Of a stretch of 64,000 nt of DNA, positions 24,901 to 38,524 are shown piece by piece (the first letter of the stretch is position 1; every line of letters starts with the position of its first letter). The DNA is from Octopus sinensis (Eukaryota), in the NCBI RefSeq assembly GCF_006345805.1, contig NC_043021.1, positions 26,102,001-26,166,000 on the forward strand, in the 5' to 3' direction. Position numbers and translations under genes: made by a program. Below the pieces are notes generated by a model. It was not told the origin of the DNA. It worked only from the letters and a program-made list of their open reading frames with translations, and searched no databases.

Positions 24901-27900
24901 GAGTTTTACTCCTTTTCATTTTGAGTCAGAACTTATCACACAGCTTAATTCGACCAACTCTGTCCCAGTTTCAAATCCTGGCTTTGAGCCAATCTGAGAC
25001 ATTATATACACTCTGAGTCAAGCGACTCCTAAGAACTTGCTTAACCTGCTAGAAATAGCAACCAAATCTTTCTTTAATCACAACCAACAATCATATAAAA
25101 AAGCAACAAAAACAAAAACATATTAAGGTATTGTAATTCTAGATGGGATGGCCATGGTTGGAACACAAGGCTAAGCAATAATGAAAAGCAATATTTCTAA
25201 GATAGAAAGGACACAATTATTGGTGAATCTCAGAATCTTTAACCCTGAGATCTCTTCATTCTGATTTCAAATCCAACAAATGCTTGATTTGTCTTTTATC
25301 CCTTGGAAGGGTGGGGTGGGGAGTGGGGGGAATAAAATAGATATTAATAACATAATGGAGTTGACTTAGTCATATACTTTATCACAATTACTACTACTAC
25401 TGCTGCTGCTGCCACCAGGTTCAATACTGTTTTGGCCAGTATTGATCGCACCTTCCCTCTTGTGCTTGTTAATTTTGTTTTATTAATGTTGATTCTGCCA
25501 TTATTGTTTAGCCCCAGGCCAAGCCCGATCCAGCAAGCCTTATGATCAAAGCTATTCCAGCGAGAGGTTATTTACTATATTCTTCTCTTAACCCCCTATT
25601 ATTTATTGAAGGTGGAATTTGAGGGAGAGTCAGCTGCCATTTCAACCCCAAACAGCCGTCACTGGTTTTAGCTGAAAATTCCAAAGAAATAAGAAAACAG
25701 GACTGGAACAACAGAACGAGGAGGAGGAGGAGGAGGAGGAGGAAGAGGATCTTTCTTTTACTAGTTTCAGTCACTGGTCAGCAGTAGTGGTGGTGGTGAT
25801 GATGACCACCGCTGCTGACGCCACCACCACTTTTCCATGCCAGCAAGGGTCAGATGAATCTTGCAAACAAAGACTTTCTATGACCACAAGTTCTTCTTGT
25901 CATCACCCTTGCCTGTTCCCAAGCAAGGTAATATTTCCCAACAGCCAGACATGTTTTTGCAGAAGATTGGAAAATGAATGACATTCATTTACAACAACTC
26001 CATACAATGTCAAGGCAAGGAGACAAACATGTGGCTGTGTGGTAAGAAGTTTACTTCTCAACCACATAGTTCTGGGTTCAATCCCACTGCATGACACCTT
26101 GGGCAAGTATCTTCTACCATAGCCTTGACCCGACTAAAGCCTTGTGAGTGGACTTGGTAGACAGAAACTAAAAGAAGCCTGTCATATTTGTGTGTCTATT
26201 TTTACATCTCTGTAACTTCATTCAACTAAAATTTTTCAAGGCTGTGCCCCAACATGGCCACAGTCTAATTATTGAAATAAATGAAAAATAAAAGATATAT
26301 ATATATATTGTTGCTATTTTGCAAAAGTGTCATAAGTCCAAAACATTGGGGTTTTTTTTCAGGAAATGAAAAACTAGTTTCCCCATTGCATTTCTTTTTA
26401 CATTAGCAACAGTTTCAGCTTAACAATAATACCTTTGTTGGGTGCTTAAAATCGTAACTCCATGCATGTTTGATGTTTTCAGTCAGAAATATTTTTGCAG
26501 AACTGTCGTATGTGGGACTTACCACACTTTTGAAAAAATGCTAAAACTTTGGACTACACTTTGACAATTTTCATATCTTGGCATCTGAAGCAGCTGGAGA
26601 TACGACAGTTTGACCAAAAGAACTGGCTATTGCAAGCAAAATTAAATATTGAAAAATAAAACGTATTTGGCCAAATTTGGACATATGATGGTTTAACATA
26701 ATAGCAATGATATATGTATATACATAGGATGGGCTTCTTTCAGTCTCCATCTACGAAATCCACTCACAAGGCTTTGATTAGCCTAGGGTTATAGCAGAAG
26801 ACACTTGCTCAAGGTGGGACTGAACTTGAAGTTATGTGGTTGGGAAGCAAACTTGTCAACTTCACAGCCTGTGCAAGGTTTTTAAAATTTGGAAATTATT
26901 TCTCATTTTGATTTCTTTTGTGAGTCAGAGAGAGACAGAGACAGACACACTAATTCTCTCTCTCTCTCACAATATATGTATGACAATTACCAGATTTTTA
27001 CGTTTATATATTTGTTGTGCAAGATTTTTTATGTGAAGTCGTGTGTTGAAACAGATATTGTTATATTTCGGAATGGTCATTTTGCCAGTTTAGCCAATAA
27101 AAACACACGCACTATATATTTGGTGTTACTTTGCTTCAGTGTTATTTATTTTTTACATTAAACTTAATCTTATTTCGGCCAGAGTTCTTTCGTCACACTC
27201 CTGTATTCTAGAAATACAAAATAGTTGACCGTTAGTAAGGAGAGACACACAAATAAGAAAGAAGAAAGCAAAGGACCACTGATGAGGTCACAGGAGTGTG
27301 ACGAAAGAACTCTGGCTGAAATAAGATTAAGATTAATGTAAAAAATAAATAACACTGAAGCAAAGTAACACCAAATATATAGTGCGTGTGTTTTTATTGG
27401 CTAAACTGGCAAAATGACCATTCCGAAATACAACAATTACCAGATTATTAATTAGGAAAATCTGAACTCATCCAATACAGTTCTGATCCCTAGCAGAAGT
27501 CAGTTCATTCACACAACTCAAAAGTTAGGCATGAATATCACAACATCAGTTTATTTCTCTCCTAAACTGAAGGCTGTGTATTTATTCAGTGAAGATTATT
27601 ATGAAACAAAACTCATATTTCAACAATTAAAATCCGACATCACAAGTGCTTGTAACTGTGGTCAAGTCTTAAACTGATCGCTAAAGATGCTTGGGAATCA
27701 CCAATTCACATGCATTGGTTGTCTCATACCATCAAGTCAAACAATGTTGTTACTTCTTGCCCCCCACCCCCCACCCCGCAAAAAAATAAGAGAAAAAAAT
27801 GAGAAAAGAAAAAAGAGAGAGAAATCTAGAACTAAGCACTCTTCTGTTTGAGAAACAAAGTTTAGTATCATTCTAGAAAGAATTCCTGCTTGTACTCATC

Positions 27901-30900
27901 ATCATTGTTTAAGGTCCACTTTCCATGGGTTGGACGATTTTGACTGAGGGCTGGCGAACCAGATGGCTGCACCAGGCTCCAATCTGATCTGGCAGAGTTT
28001 CTACAGCTGGATGCCCTTCCTAACGCCAACCACTCCGAGAGTGTAGTGGGTGCTTTTTATGTGCCACCGGCACGGGGGCCAGTCAGGTTTTTATATTTAG
28101 TGATTCTCTCCATATTTTCTCCTCATTTTTGAGCTTAATGGTAGTTAATAACCTTAAATGGTGACGTTGAATTTGTTGATATTAGTTATTTATGATCTAA
28201 AGAGAACTTGCACTTGGTAAAAATCATTTGAGTGAGATTTCAGTGTTATCTGCTGAAAACAGCAAATATCGAAGTCAGAGCAAAATTTATTGATTCTGAG
28301 CAGGAGCGGAGTTGACAAATACTTGATAAATAGTTGATATTTTAAAGTTGATTTACTTAAATATCTTAAAGGTAAGTTCTCTACAAACAGCTGGATTTTT
28401 GAGGATAGCTTAATTACTGTAATAAGGATAAACAATGCTATTTGATGGGACTTACAAAATGTTTGAATGAAGAAGAGTAAGGCATATGTTTGAATTTTTT
28501 TCTTAATGGGGTTTGATCAGTTTCCAAGACCACAAATTCAGCTGAGACTGGAAATCAATGCTCATCAATCAGTATGTTATAAATATACAGGACAATACCT
28601 ATGTGTAATCAACTTACCTGTATTCAAACTACTAGGGCAGGTGAACATGACATGACGACATTCACAATACACAATCACGACATTGTTTCATTAAGTTCCA
28701 TCCAAATTCGGGCATTTGTTGTGACATTTTTACACATGACTAACAGCGTTTCATCAAATCCTTGAGTTTCTAACACAACTAGGAGATCAAAGTACAAGGG
28801 TTAAGTCCTTAAAGTACAGAAGGACTTTAAGGGTTAACCCTTGGACATGAACCCACTGGAGACCACCCCTGGCTCTGTAGTTACAAATATCTTGTTTTCA
28901 AAAGTTCTGGATTAAAATCTTCCATCAAGACAAAGTCTCAATTTGTGCTCCTTAAACACCAGTTAACAATAAATAATAATAATAATAAAGTTATTTTACT
29001 AAAGCCTTTGTCATCATCATACATCTGTTTTCCCTGCTGATATGGGTTGGACGGTTTGATAGGAGCTGGCAAGGCTGGAGAGCTGCACCAGGCTCCAATT
29101 GTCTGTTTTGGCAACGTTTCCTCAGCTGGATGTCCCTCCTAACACCAACCACGGATTGTACTGGGTGCTTTTGCTTTTCTTTACGTGGCACCATCATTAT
29201 ATTTAGAATTAATTGAAGTAAACACAGAAATGTGGTAATAAAAGGGTTAAAATCTTGCTGGAGTTGGTTTTGGTCGTTCATCATACTTCAATCTATAAAA
29301 CAAGTAGAGGCAACAGATTAAGGGTCAAATATGACCCCTAGATCCTTTTTGACAAGGAGTAACAGGTGAGGCACAGTGAATTTTGGAATAAATTAGACAA
29401 AATCAAGTCGAAGATATTGTCACGGGGCAAACAGCTCTGGTATTGAGTCAAAGACAAACAACTGAGATGGCATGAAACCAAATTATCATTTGAGATGAAA
29501 AGCAATTCCATTGTGTCAAAAATTGGATATATTCTGGAGTTTGATTACATAAATATAGAAAAAAAAAAAAACTCATTAGAAATGGAATTGTTTTGTAAAA
29601 GTTAGGATTGGCACACAGAGGTTGGAGAAGAAAGTAAACGGATAAAAGAAGACTAATTGAGGAAATTATTTTGTAATTAATTACTAATGTGTTTCATGCA
29701 ATTGGTTGCAGTGTGTGAATGTAACTCACACACACACTTCTAAATATGTCAAGATGGTTGCAAGGAGGAGAAAAAAAAGATAGAATTCAAACTTTAAAAA
29801 TTAAAATTAAAAACTAAATAAAAAAAACAAAAATGACTAAATATAAGATAAAAATAACATTAACAGACAACTATAATGAAATATTCTCAAGTCAAAAATA
29901 AGAAATGTTTTAATTCTAAATTTAGGCCAATATTTTTGTGTGTTAATTAAATGTAGTGTTTCTTTTAAATGTGAGGTGGGGAAAAAAGGGAGAAAAGGAG
30001 AAGAAAATAGCCATGATGTTATAAATAAAAAAATAAGAAACTATTGAGCAAGAAGAAGTAACAATGTTGTAAGAGAGCTTATGTCAGTTTTATGGTTTAT
30101 TGGCTGATGTGAGAGAGGAGGAGGAAATGTCAAGGGACGAACTCTCCCTCCCTTCTGCATCTTACTCTTTCACATTCACACAATCACACCCTCTCTGTTT
30201 CTATCTTCCTGTCACCAAACCTCACCCAGTTCTGTGCAAGGCAGTCATTCCCCATGGCCAGACATGTTCTACACAGATAAAAGGGAAAAAGAACAAAAGA
30301 AACCCAATCGGAGTCTTTCAGTTTCCCTCCAAACCTATTCACAAGGCTTCCTCTGGCTTCTGGCTATAGTGGAAGACATCTGCCCAAAAGCGTTGTGTAA
30401 GAAGGAGACTGAATCTAAACCCCAACTACTGGGGTTCATGTAATCGACCCACTGCTGCCCTTCTCCCACAATTGGAAACCATTATTATTATTATTATTAT
30501 TATTACTGAACTGTAGAAATGATTTCACAATTCCTGCTGGAGTTGACTTTCATCTCACTGAGGAGTCAACTGGGGTCATTTGGGCAACATTATTTGGTTA
30601 TTAATTATAGTTCTTATTAATTGTTAAGGTGATGAGCTAGAAGCAGAATCATTAGAACACTGGACAAAATGCTTAGAGGCATTCTTGTCAGGCTTTACAT
30701 TCTGAGTTCAAATTCTAGCAAAGTTGACTTGGCTTTTCCTCCTTTCAGCCGATCAATGAAACAGATACCAGTTGAACATTAGGGGCTTGATGTAATCGAC
30801 TAACCCCTCCATCCCTCCCACAATTTCAGCAAAAAGAATTATTATTACTGCTAAGGCAGTGAGCTGGTGGAATCGTTAGCATGCCTGGCAAAATGCTACT

Positions 30901-33900
30901 AAGCATTTTGTCTGTCTTCACGTTCTGAGTTCAAATTCCACCAAGGTTAACTTAGCCTTTCATCCTTTCGGGGTTGATGAAATACATACCAGTTGAGCAC
31001 TGGGGTTGATGTAATCAACAATCCACCTTCCCCAAAAGTTTCAGCCTTCTTGTGCCCACAGTAGAAAGGTGGTCAATGTCCGTGTTGGTGGCATGTAAAA
31101 AGCACCATCCAAATGTGGCCGATGCCAGTGCCCCCTGACTGGCCCTATTGCTGGTGGCATGTAAAAAGCACCCACTACACTCTCAGAGTGGTTGGCATTA
31201 GGAAAGGCTTCCAGCTGTCGAAACCTTGCCATATCAGATTGGGGCTGGGTATAGCCTTCTGGCTTGCCAGCCCTCAGTCAAACCGTCCAACCCATGCCAG
31301 CATGGAAAGCAGATGTTAAACGACAACAATGCTGATGCTGCTGATGATGATTATTAAGGTGGCAGAGTTGTTAGTGCTGCTTACTGACATTTGGTCTGAC
31401 TTTACATTCTGAGTTGAAATTCTGCCAAGGTTGACCATGACTTTCCTCTACTCGGGGTAGATAAAAATCAGTACCAGATGGTCATTGGGGGTGGGGTAGG
31501 GTGATGTAATCACACACACCCCCACTCACCCCGAAACTGCTGGCCTTGTGCCAAAATTTAAATTTGAAATCCTTATAATTATGTAAGTTTTCCCTTTAAG
31601 GCAGGGTTGGCAAACCAGGGTAAATTACCCCAAGTGGGGTAAAAACGAAATTCTTGAGGGAATTCTAATAAGGATTCATTAGACAGGAGTCAAATTATAT
31701 AAAAACTGTATTCCTTGTCAGGAAAGAATCTTTTTGTTCTGGCAGCAGTGCATCTGTCCAATGCAATGGATGTGTAAACAGATTCAATAAATCTTTTGAA
31801 TTCAAAGAATTTATGATTTTCTTCCTTTCAAATAAAGGGAGTAACATCAGTGTAAATATATATATTTTGGGGTAACTGGTTAAAAAAGTTCCTCGATCCC
31901 TACTTTAAGGTTTCTTAATAACAACCAAAATTACAGGTGAAACAAAGACTTGAAACAGTGATCACAGGTGTTGGTTCCAACTCACATTTTGTACCATACA
32001 GTAGCATTATGTGCTGCAGGGGTACAGAAAAAGGTTAAACTGAAGGTTTACTGCACAACATAGAACTGTCTTTACTACCAAACTTTCTTTACCTGAGCAG
32101 AGAGAACGAGTTGTTTCACAGGTAAGACTAACAAAGAACTGGTGGCCAAGTGTAATTAAGAAAAACCTTTGGTTTATGGCTTTATGGAGCCCTCCAGCTC
32201 CTATTTCTCTTTTCAATGGAGAGTTCATTCCCTCCTACCATATTGATTGTGGAACTATTTCAAGTTGGTTGTTACATAAGCAAATTGAATAGAATTTTTA
32301 TCAAGTTGTTGTGGGAGATGAGATGAAAGCATTGAGCAATTTATTTCACTCACCAGAGTAAATTCCATCCAGACAAGTTAGCCAAGTAATATTGAGAAAT
32401 GGAAAATCAATAAAAGAGTTAAGATAGCAAAGAAGAAGAAGAGGAAGGAGGAGGAAGAGGGAGAAGGAGTAGAAGAGGAGGAGGAGGAGGAAGAGGGAGA
32501 GGAGGAAGGCAACAGCAATCAGACTATTAGTTGTTAGAGTAATATTTTCTGGAGAAAGACAAAGGCTCTGTTGAGCTGGTGACAGTGGCAGGGGTGGTGG
32601 AAGCAGGAAGAAGCAAATAATTGGCACTTAATAAACGAGAAAACAAAATTTCAGCTTTGCGTAATCGATATTAAAACTATTTTTAATTTTGATATTTTTA
32701 AAATGAAAATCTCCAGCACTAAAAATTCTTTCTTTGACACAAATGGCAGCAGCAGCAGGAAATGCAAGCCCCAGGCCCAAGCTACATTCAGGAATAATCT
32801 AAGATACTGCTAAGTAATTTTAAACTTATACTACTTAGTTTTCTGGGTTTTTTTCTTTCCCCCTCCATTTCTCTTTCACCAGGACATCTTAGTCAGATCT
32901 GCAGCAAAGCTAAGCACAAGAGACATCGTTAAAGCTGGCTGTTCTGTTGTGTTATCTAAAAGATGAGTAGGTTAATAAGTAACGAGTATAATTAGAAGCT
33001 ACCAACGGCTGATATTTAATTAAAGAGACCTGATCTTTTAAGTAAACAGCAGTAATGTTTAATTCCCAATATGGTCATCTATCTATCTATATTTGCTATT
33101 TCATGTCTGACAAATTAACAAACTCCTCTGTGAAATCTTTCGCACACAAAACAATAACACAAATAATAAAATAATAAAACAGTTCTTTCACTTCACAAAT
33201 AGCCCCTCCCCCCGTTTGTAAATGGACTTCATTGCAGTTAGGGGTTTTTTTTTGCTGAATTTTGACATTTTTTTTAAAGTTCAAATTTTTTTCTTCTTTT
33301 GTGTCGCTCTTTCTCATACCAACCAAGAAACTATCATCATCTCTGAATTATTTCTTCTTGAAATGATATGAGGTAGAAATCGCATGGAACCCAATTTTTT
33401 CTGCCTAACCCATAAAGCCCTGGGATTTGCTGAGCACATTTAATGAAAATGAGACTACCGTGCACACATAAAAACCCCAAAAATAGTTATAATATCTTCT
33501 TAGTATTTAATGGTGGAAAGTTTTACTTCATCCGAAAAGTCATTAGTTGAACTTTGAGTCCTCTTGCATTCTGGGGGGGGGGGAGGGGGAGAGGAATCGG
33601 AGCTGTTTGAGTGACATTAGACCCCAACAAATTAAATGCATCTATCTGGGCCACAATTGTGGCCTGTCGACCTATGCCTGATGGCCTCGATCATGGCCCG
33701 TCACACTTTATGTGTTAAAGTGTCACACATATCTATCTTACTCACAATGGTTTTGGTTAGGTGGCTGTGGCCATGCAGGAGCATCACCCTTAGTGTAACT
33801 GGTTTTTATTTCACACTCAAATGGGAGAATCAACAACACAGATGTATGGAAGTGGACACAAAACAAAATAGACATAATGTCATCTGCTCCCATCTTTACT

Positions 33901-36900
33901 TCTAAATTCCTAGTTTCAATTAATATCTTCTCTGGAACCTCATTAAACTATTCTAATTAATACTAATTAGAATTGTTACAAGGTAAAAGTTTCAATAGAA
34001 TTTTATTCAAGAACATTTTGTTATTCTAACTTCTAACATGATTGCAAAGTCTAATCTTACACACACACACACACATTTTATCTCTTTTATTTGTTTGTCA
34101 TTTGACTATGGTCATGCTGGGGCAGTACTTTGATGGGTTCAGTCAAACAAATCAAACTCTGGCAAGCTGGGGAGCTGCACTAGGCTCCATCTATCTGTTT
34201 TGACATGGCTTCTATGGCCGGGTGCCCTTCCTAAAGCCAATCACTTTACAGAGTGTGGACCAAGTGCCTTTTAGGGAGAACCAGCTTCTTATGTGGCACC
34301 AGCATGGGGGCTTTTTAATCAGAGGTGGTAATATTTCTTATTTACTTTAGTCTTTACATCCTGAGGTTTCAAATCAGGTGATTGTCCAGGCGAAGGCAAA
34401 CGTATACCTGAGATCAAATTACATGTTGAGCAAGAGGAAGTGTGCTTTGGGTCACAATTTCATTGGAATTTACACATCCAACTAGACTGACATAAATTGT
34501 TGGCTAATAATACATCAATATATTGAATTACCTGACTGTGCCAACACCTTTATAAAAACACACAACCTCCAGCCTCGCCCAACACGTTTCAGTTGATCAA
34601 CTTGTTTCTGCAAAGTTATCATATTCTCACATTTAAGCCTGTAATTCTTTTCTCTTTTGTTCTTCCAACTTTAAGTAAAAAGCTTGTATCCTCACGAGAC
34701 ATCTCATCCCAATGGCTATTTGTCATCAGATAACTTTTTCTTAATTTATTTCTGTCAAAATATACAGCTGCCTTGGTTTCAAATATTTTTGAAAATCATC
34801 AAGAATTTAGTAAAATCCCTCAAGACAGTATTTGGAACATGTATTAAAATGAAATTTCAAAAGGTTTTAATTTAGCTCTCTTTAAAACAAGAAATATGGA
34901 TTAGAGATCAAAGGTGGCGCTAGGCAGGTTGCTATTAAATAGGATAATGATCTCTCATCTCGGGACCACATGAAATTTTGATAGGAAGACTATTTCCATA
35001 GGAGAATACAGTAATCCTTTGACTATCACAGGTGTTACGTTCCAAAACCCCTGCGACAGGTGAAAATCCACAAAGAAGAAACAGTATTGCACGGTATATT
35101 TTTTAAAAATTATTTTTATAATTTACATTTTATTATAAACTAGCAGTATCGCCCGGCGTTGCTCGGGTTGTAAGGGAAATAACTATATAAGCATTTTTAG
35201 AGAGTTATAGCCAAAAAATAGCAAAAAAATGCATTAAAAATTGAAAAAAAATTAAGGTAAATTTTTTTTAAAATCGTTGACACATCGTAGATATTTTTAG
35301 AGAGTTACTTCCCTTATATAAAAGCGAAAAAATGCATTAAAATGGAAAAATATGATGGTAAATTTTTTTTAAATCGTAGACTCATCGTAGACGCACGCTA
35401 ATACCCAGAAGGGCTCGATATGAATCACGACTATAAGATACCCGCTTTTGGTTAAACTGCACCGCAAAATGTGGGAGTAGTTACGAATCTAAATCGTAGG
35501 AGACAGACACAACTTCACTCTTATATAAAGATGCTTTTTTTTTTCAGTCATAGAGTTAGATTTATGAAGGTCTTCAGTAGAAAATCCTTCGAATTCTGAC
35601 TCGCTGCTTGATATAATGAAATTCATATCCATTTTTTGTCAGAATTACAAATTTTGAAAACACAATAGGAACAAATTTCGGAAAAAAATCTCCCATAATT
35701 CACGGAATTAAAATTACACTTCGATTTTTGTACAAAACTGTAGTTGAAGTGTTTACGAAGTATAATACGTGTTTTCACGAATGTACTAAAGAGATTTGCT
35801 CTGATATTCACATTTAAATATGAATAGGTAAATCCGGGCGGCTTGGTAACTATATATAAGTGTCGTCTGTTTATACATAAACACTGTTTCATACTGCAAT
35901 TATATATACATATATCTATATATAATATTATATAATAAAATATATACAGAGTAAAATAAAAACCAATTTACCTTTTCTGTCCGTCCGTGTGTCTTTGCAA
36001 ATGTGTTGGAATGATAAGTGAGTTGAGTTTTGGCACCTTTTTTACTAATAACAAACACACACGTGTTTGTATGTAGTTGTATGTGTATGTAGTTGTATGT
36101 AGTTGTATATGTATGTGTATGCGTGTGTGTGAGGAATGACACACACACACTCACGCACGCACACATGTACATCAATGCTTTCGGAGTGATATGTTAAAAT
36201 ATTGAGTTTTCTCGAATTTTGTCTTAATTGGTGGTAAAATTGAACGAAATTTTTTATGGCATCACCCACTGAAGTACTCTGAAAAATCTTAGGTAAATTC
36301 TAATTGAAGAAATTGTGTGAGGAGTAAATGGTTATGTATTTATTTGTTTCTGTTTGCTGTGTTTTTTTATTTTTTGAGTAGTGGTTTAAATACTTTCAGT
36401 TTAGTCTTCCTCAAATCACTCTGTCGCTATTTACTTTCATCTTATTCGTTGCACACTCTGTGTGTGCGTTTGCGTGTGGTGTAAACCAGACTAAGAAAAG
36501 CATTTGACACACACAAACCAGAAAGTGAGTTTTCTGTAAATTTTGCTTAATTGGAGTTTAAATTTTAAAAACTGGACCTGGCATGACGCGATGCATTGTA
36601 CTCTTAAAAATGCTAGGTAAATTGTAATTGAAGAAATCCTATATTGTAGATTTCTATAACTCCCAAAGGGAGGCAGATAAAGTCTGCCTTTTATAATAAG
36701 ACTAGCAGTATCGCCCGGCGTTGCTCGGGTTTGTAAGGGAAATAACTATATAAGCATTTTTAGAGAGTTATAGCCAAAAAATAGCAAAAAAAATGCATTA
36801 AAAATGGAAAAAATATGATGGTAAATTTTTTTTTAAATCGTTGACTCATCATAGACATTTTTAGAGAGTTACTTCCCTTATATAATAGCGAAAAAATGCA

Positions 36901-38070
36901 TTAAAATGGAAAAAAAACGATGGTAAATTTTTTTTTAAATCGTAGACTCATGTAGACGCTTTCTTAGCCATTTCTGTTTTGGTGTCTTCAAGCCATGAAG
37001 TCGTTGTTCTAAAAGAACGCTGGTCTCCTTGACAACGCATTACGACGTTGATTTCCTTACACTCCCTTCCCCACAGGTGCAGGTGTGAGCGTGGATGCCA
37101 ACTCCGCCGCCATCGACACACGAAAAATTATGCATTAAAATGGAATAAAAAATGATGTTAAATTATTTTTAAAATCGTAGACTCATCGTAGACGCGCGCT
37201 AATACTCAGACGGGCTCGATATGAATCACGACTATAAGCTACCCGAATTTGGTTAAACTGCACCGCAAAATGTGGGAGTAGTTAGGAATCTAAATCGAAG
37301 GGGACAGACACTCACACAACTACAGTTTTATATATATAGATATACATAGCGCAGTAGTGGTGAGATGTGACAGCAAAGAAAAGCATACATTCACTCTCTG
37401 CATGCAATTAGACTCGGAAAGTTCGTGAGGAACCCATTGACCCAATTTGCTGACTTTTCCGATAGCACACAGGTCTCAATGAATGGTTGAATGACCAAAT
37501 CCAAGCTTCTCTGCTAGTTCCTCAACAGTTACAATGCGATTTTGTTCCACCAGGGTTTTCAGGATGTCCTTGTCGAGTTCTACAGATCTTTCAGGATGAG
37601 GCTCGTCTTCTAGGCTGTAGTTTATGGCTCGGAATTTCTGGAACCACCATTGACACTGCCTTACGCTTATTGTCCAATCCCCATATACTGCATTAATATT
37701 TCTTGTACTTTCCGTTGCGTTGTTGTCTTTATTGAACTCATAAAGCAAAATATGCCAAATATGCTCCTTTGTTACTTCCAATATAGCTTTGAAAAAAATA
37801 GCTGTTAAAATCGAAATGCACTCTTCAAAACTTGCACTATGAATAAGGACAAGATAAAATTACTACCTGCTTTTATAGCAAGTTAATATAAGTAGTTTAT
37901 CCCATTCCCCTCTGACTTTTAGTTCAAACTGTTGAAAAAACCGCATTATTATATATATATACATACATACATACATACACACACACACTCACTCTCTCAC
38001 ACACATGCACACATTTATATTCTGTTATTCTTTTATATGTTTCAGCCTTGAGGTTGTGGCCATGCTGGAT

Positions 38071-38124
<54 letters not shown>

Positions 38125-38407
38125 TATCTGTCTGTCTGTCTGTCTGTATGTATATATGTATATGTATGTGTGTGAACAATAATATTTTCAACAGATGTGT
38201 TGCAAATGTATCTGATTGTTCTCAAGCTTCAATACTGTGTGTGTGTGTATGTGTGTGTATGTATGTATGTATGTATATGTATGTATGTATGTGTGTATGT
38301 ATGTATGTGTGTGTGTATGTATGTGTGTGTGTATGTATGTATGTATGTATGTATGTATGAGTGTATGTTTACTTTATTACTAACACATTGTTCTCAAGCT
38401 TCAATAC

Positions 38408-38438
<31 letters not shown>

Positions 38439-38485
38439 ATGTGTGTATGTATGTATGTGTGTGTGTATGTATGTGTGTGTGTATG

Positions 38486-38524
<39 letters not shown>

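Noticed and set aside
28611-28660. U1 snRNA-like ACTTACCTG
   Set aside because: The match ends after 9 nt; it is simply the reverse complement of a donor site.
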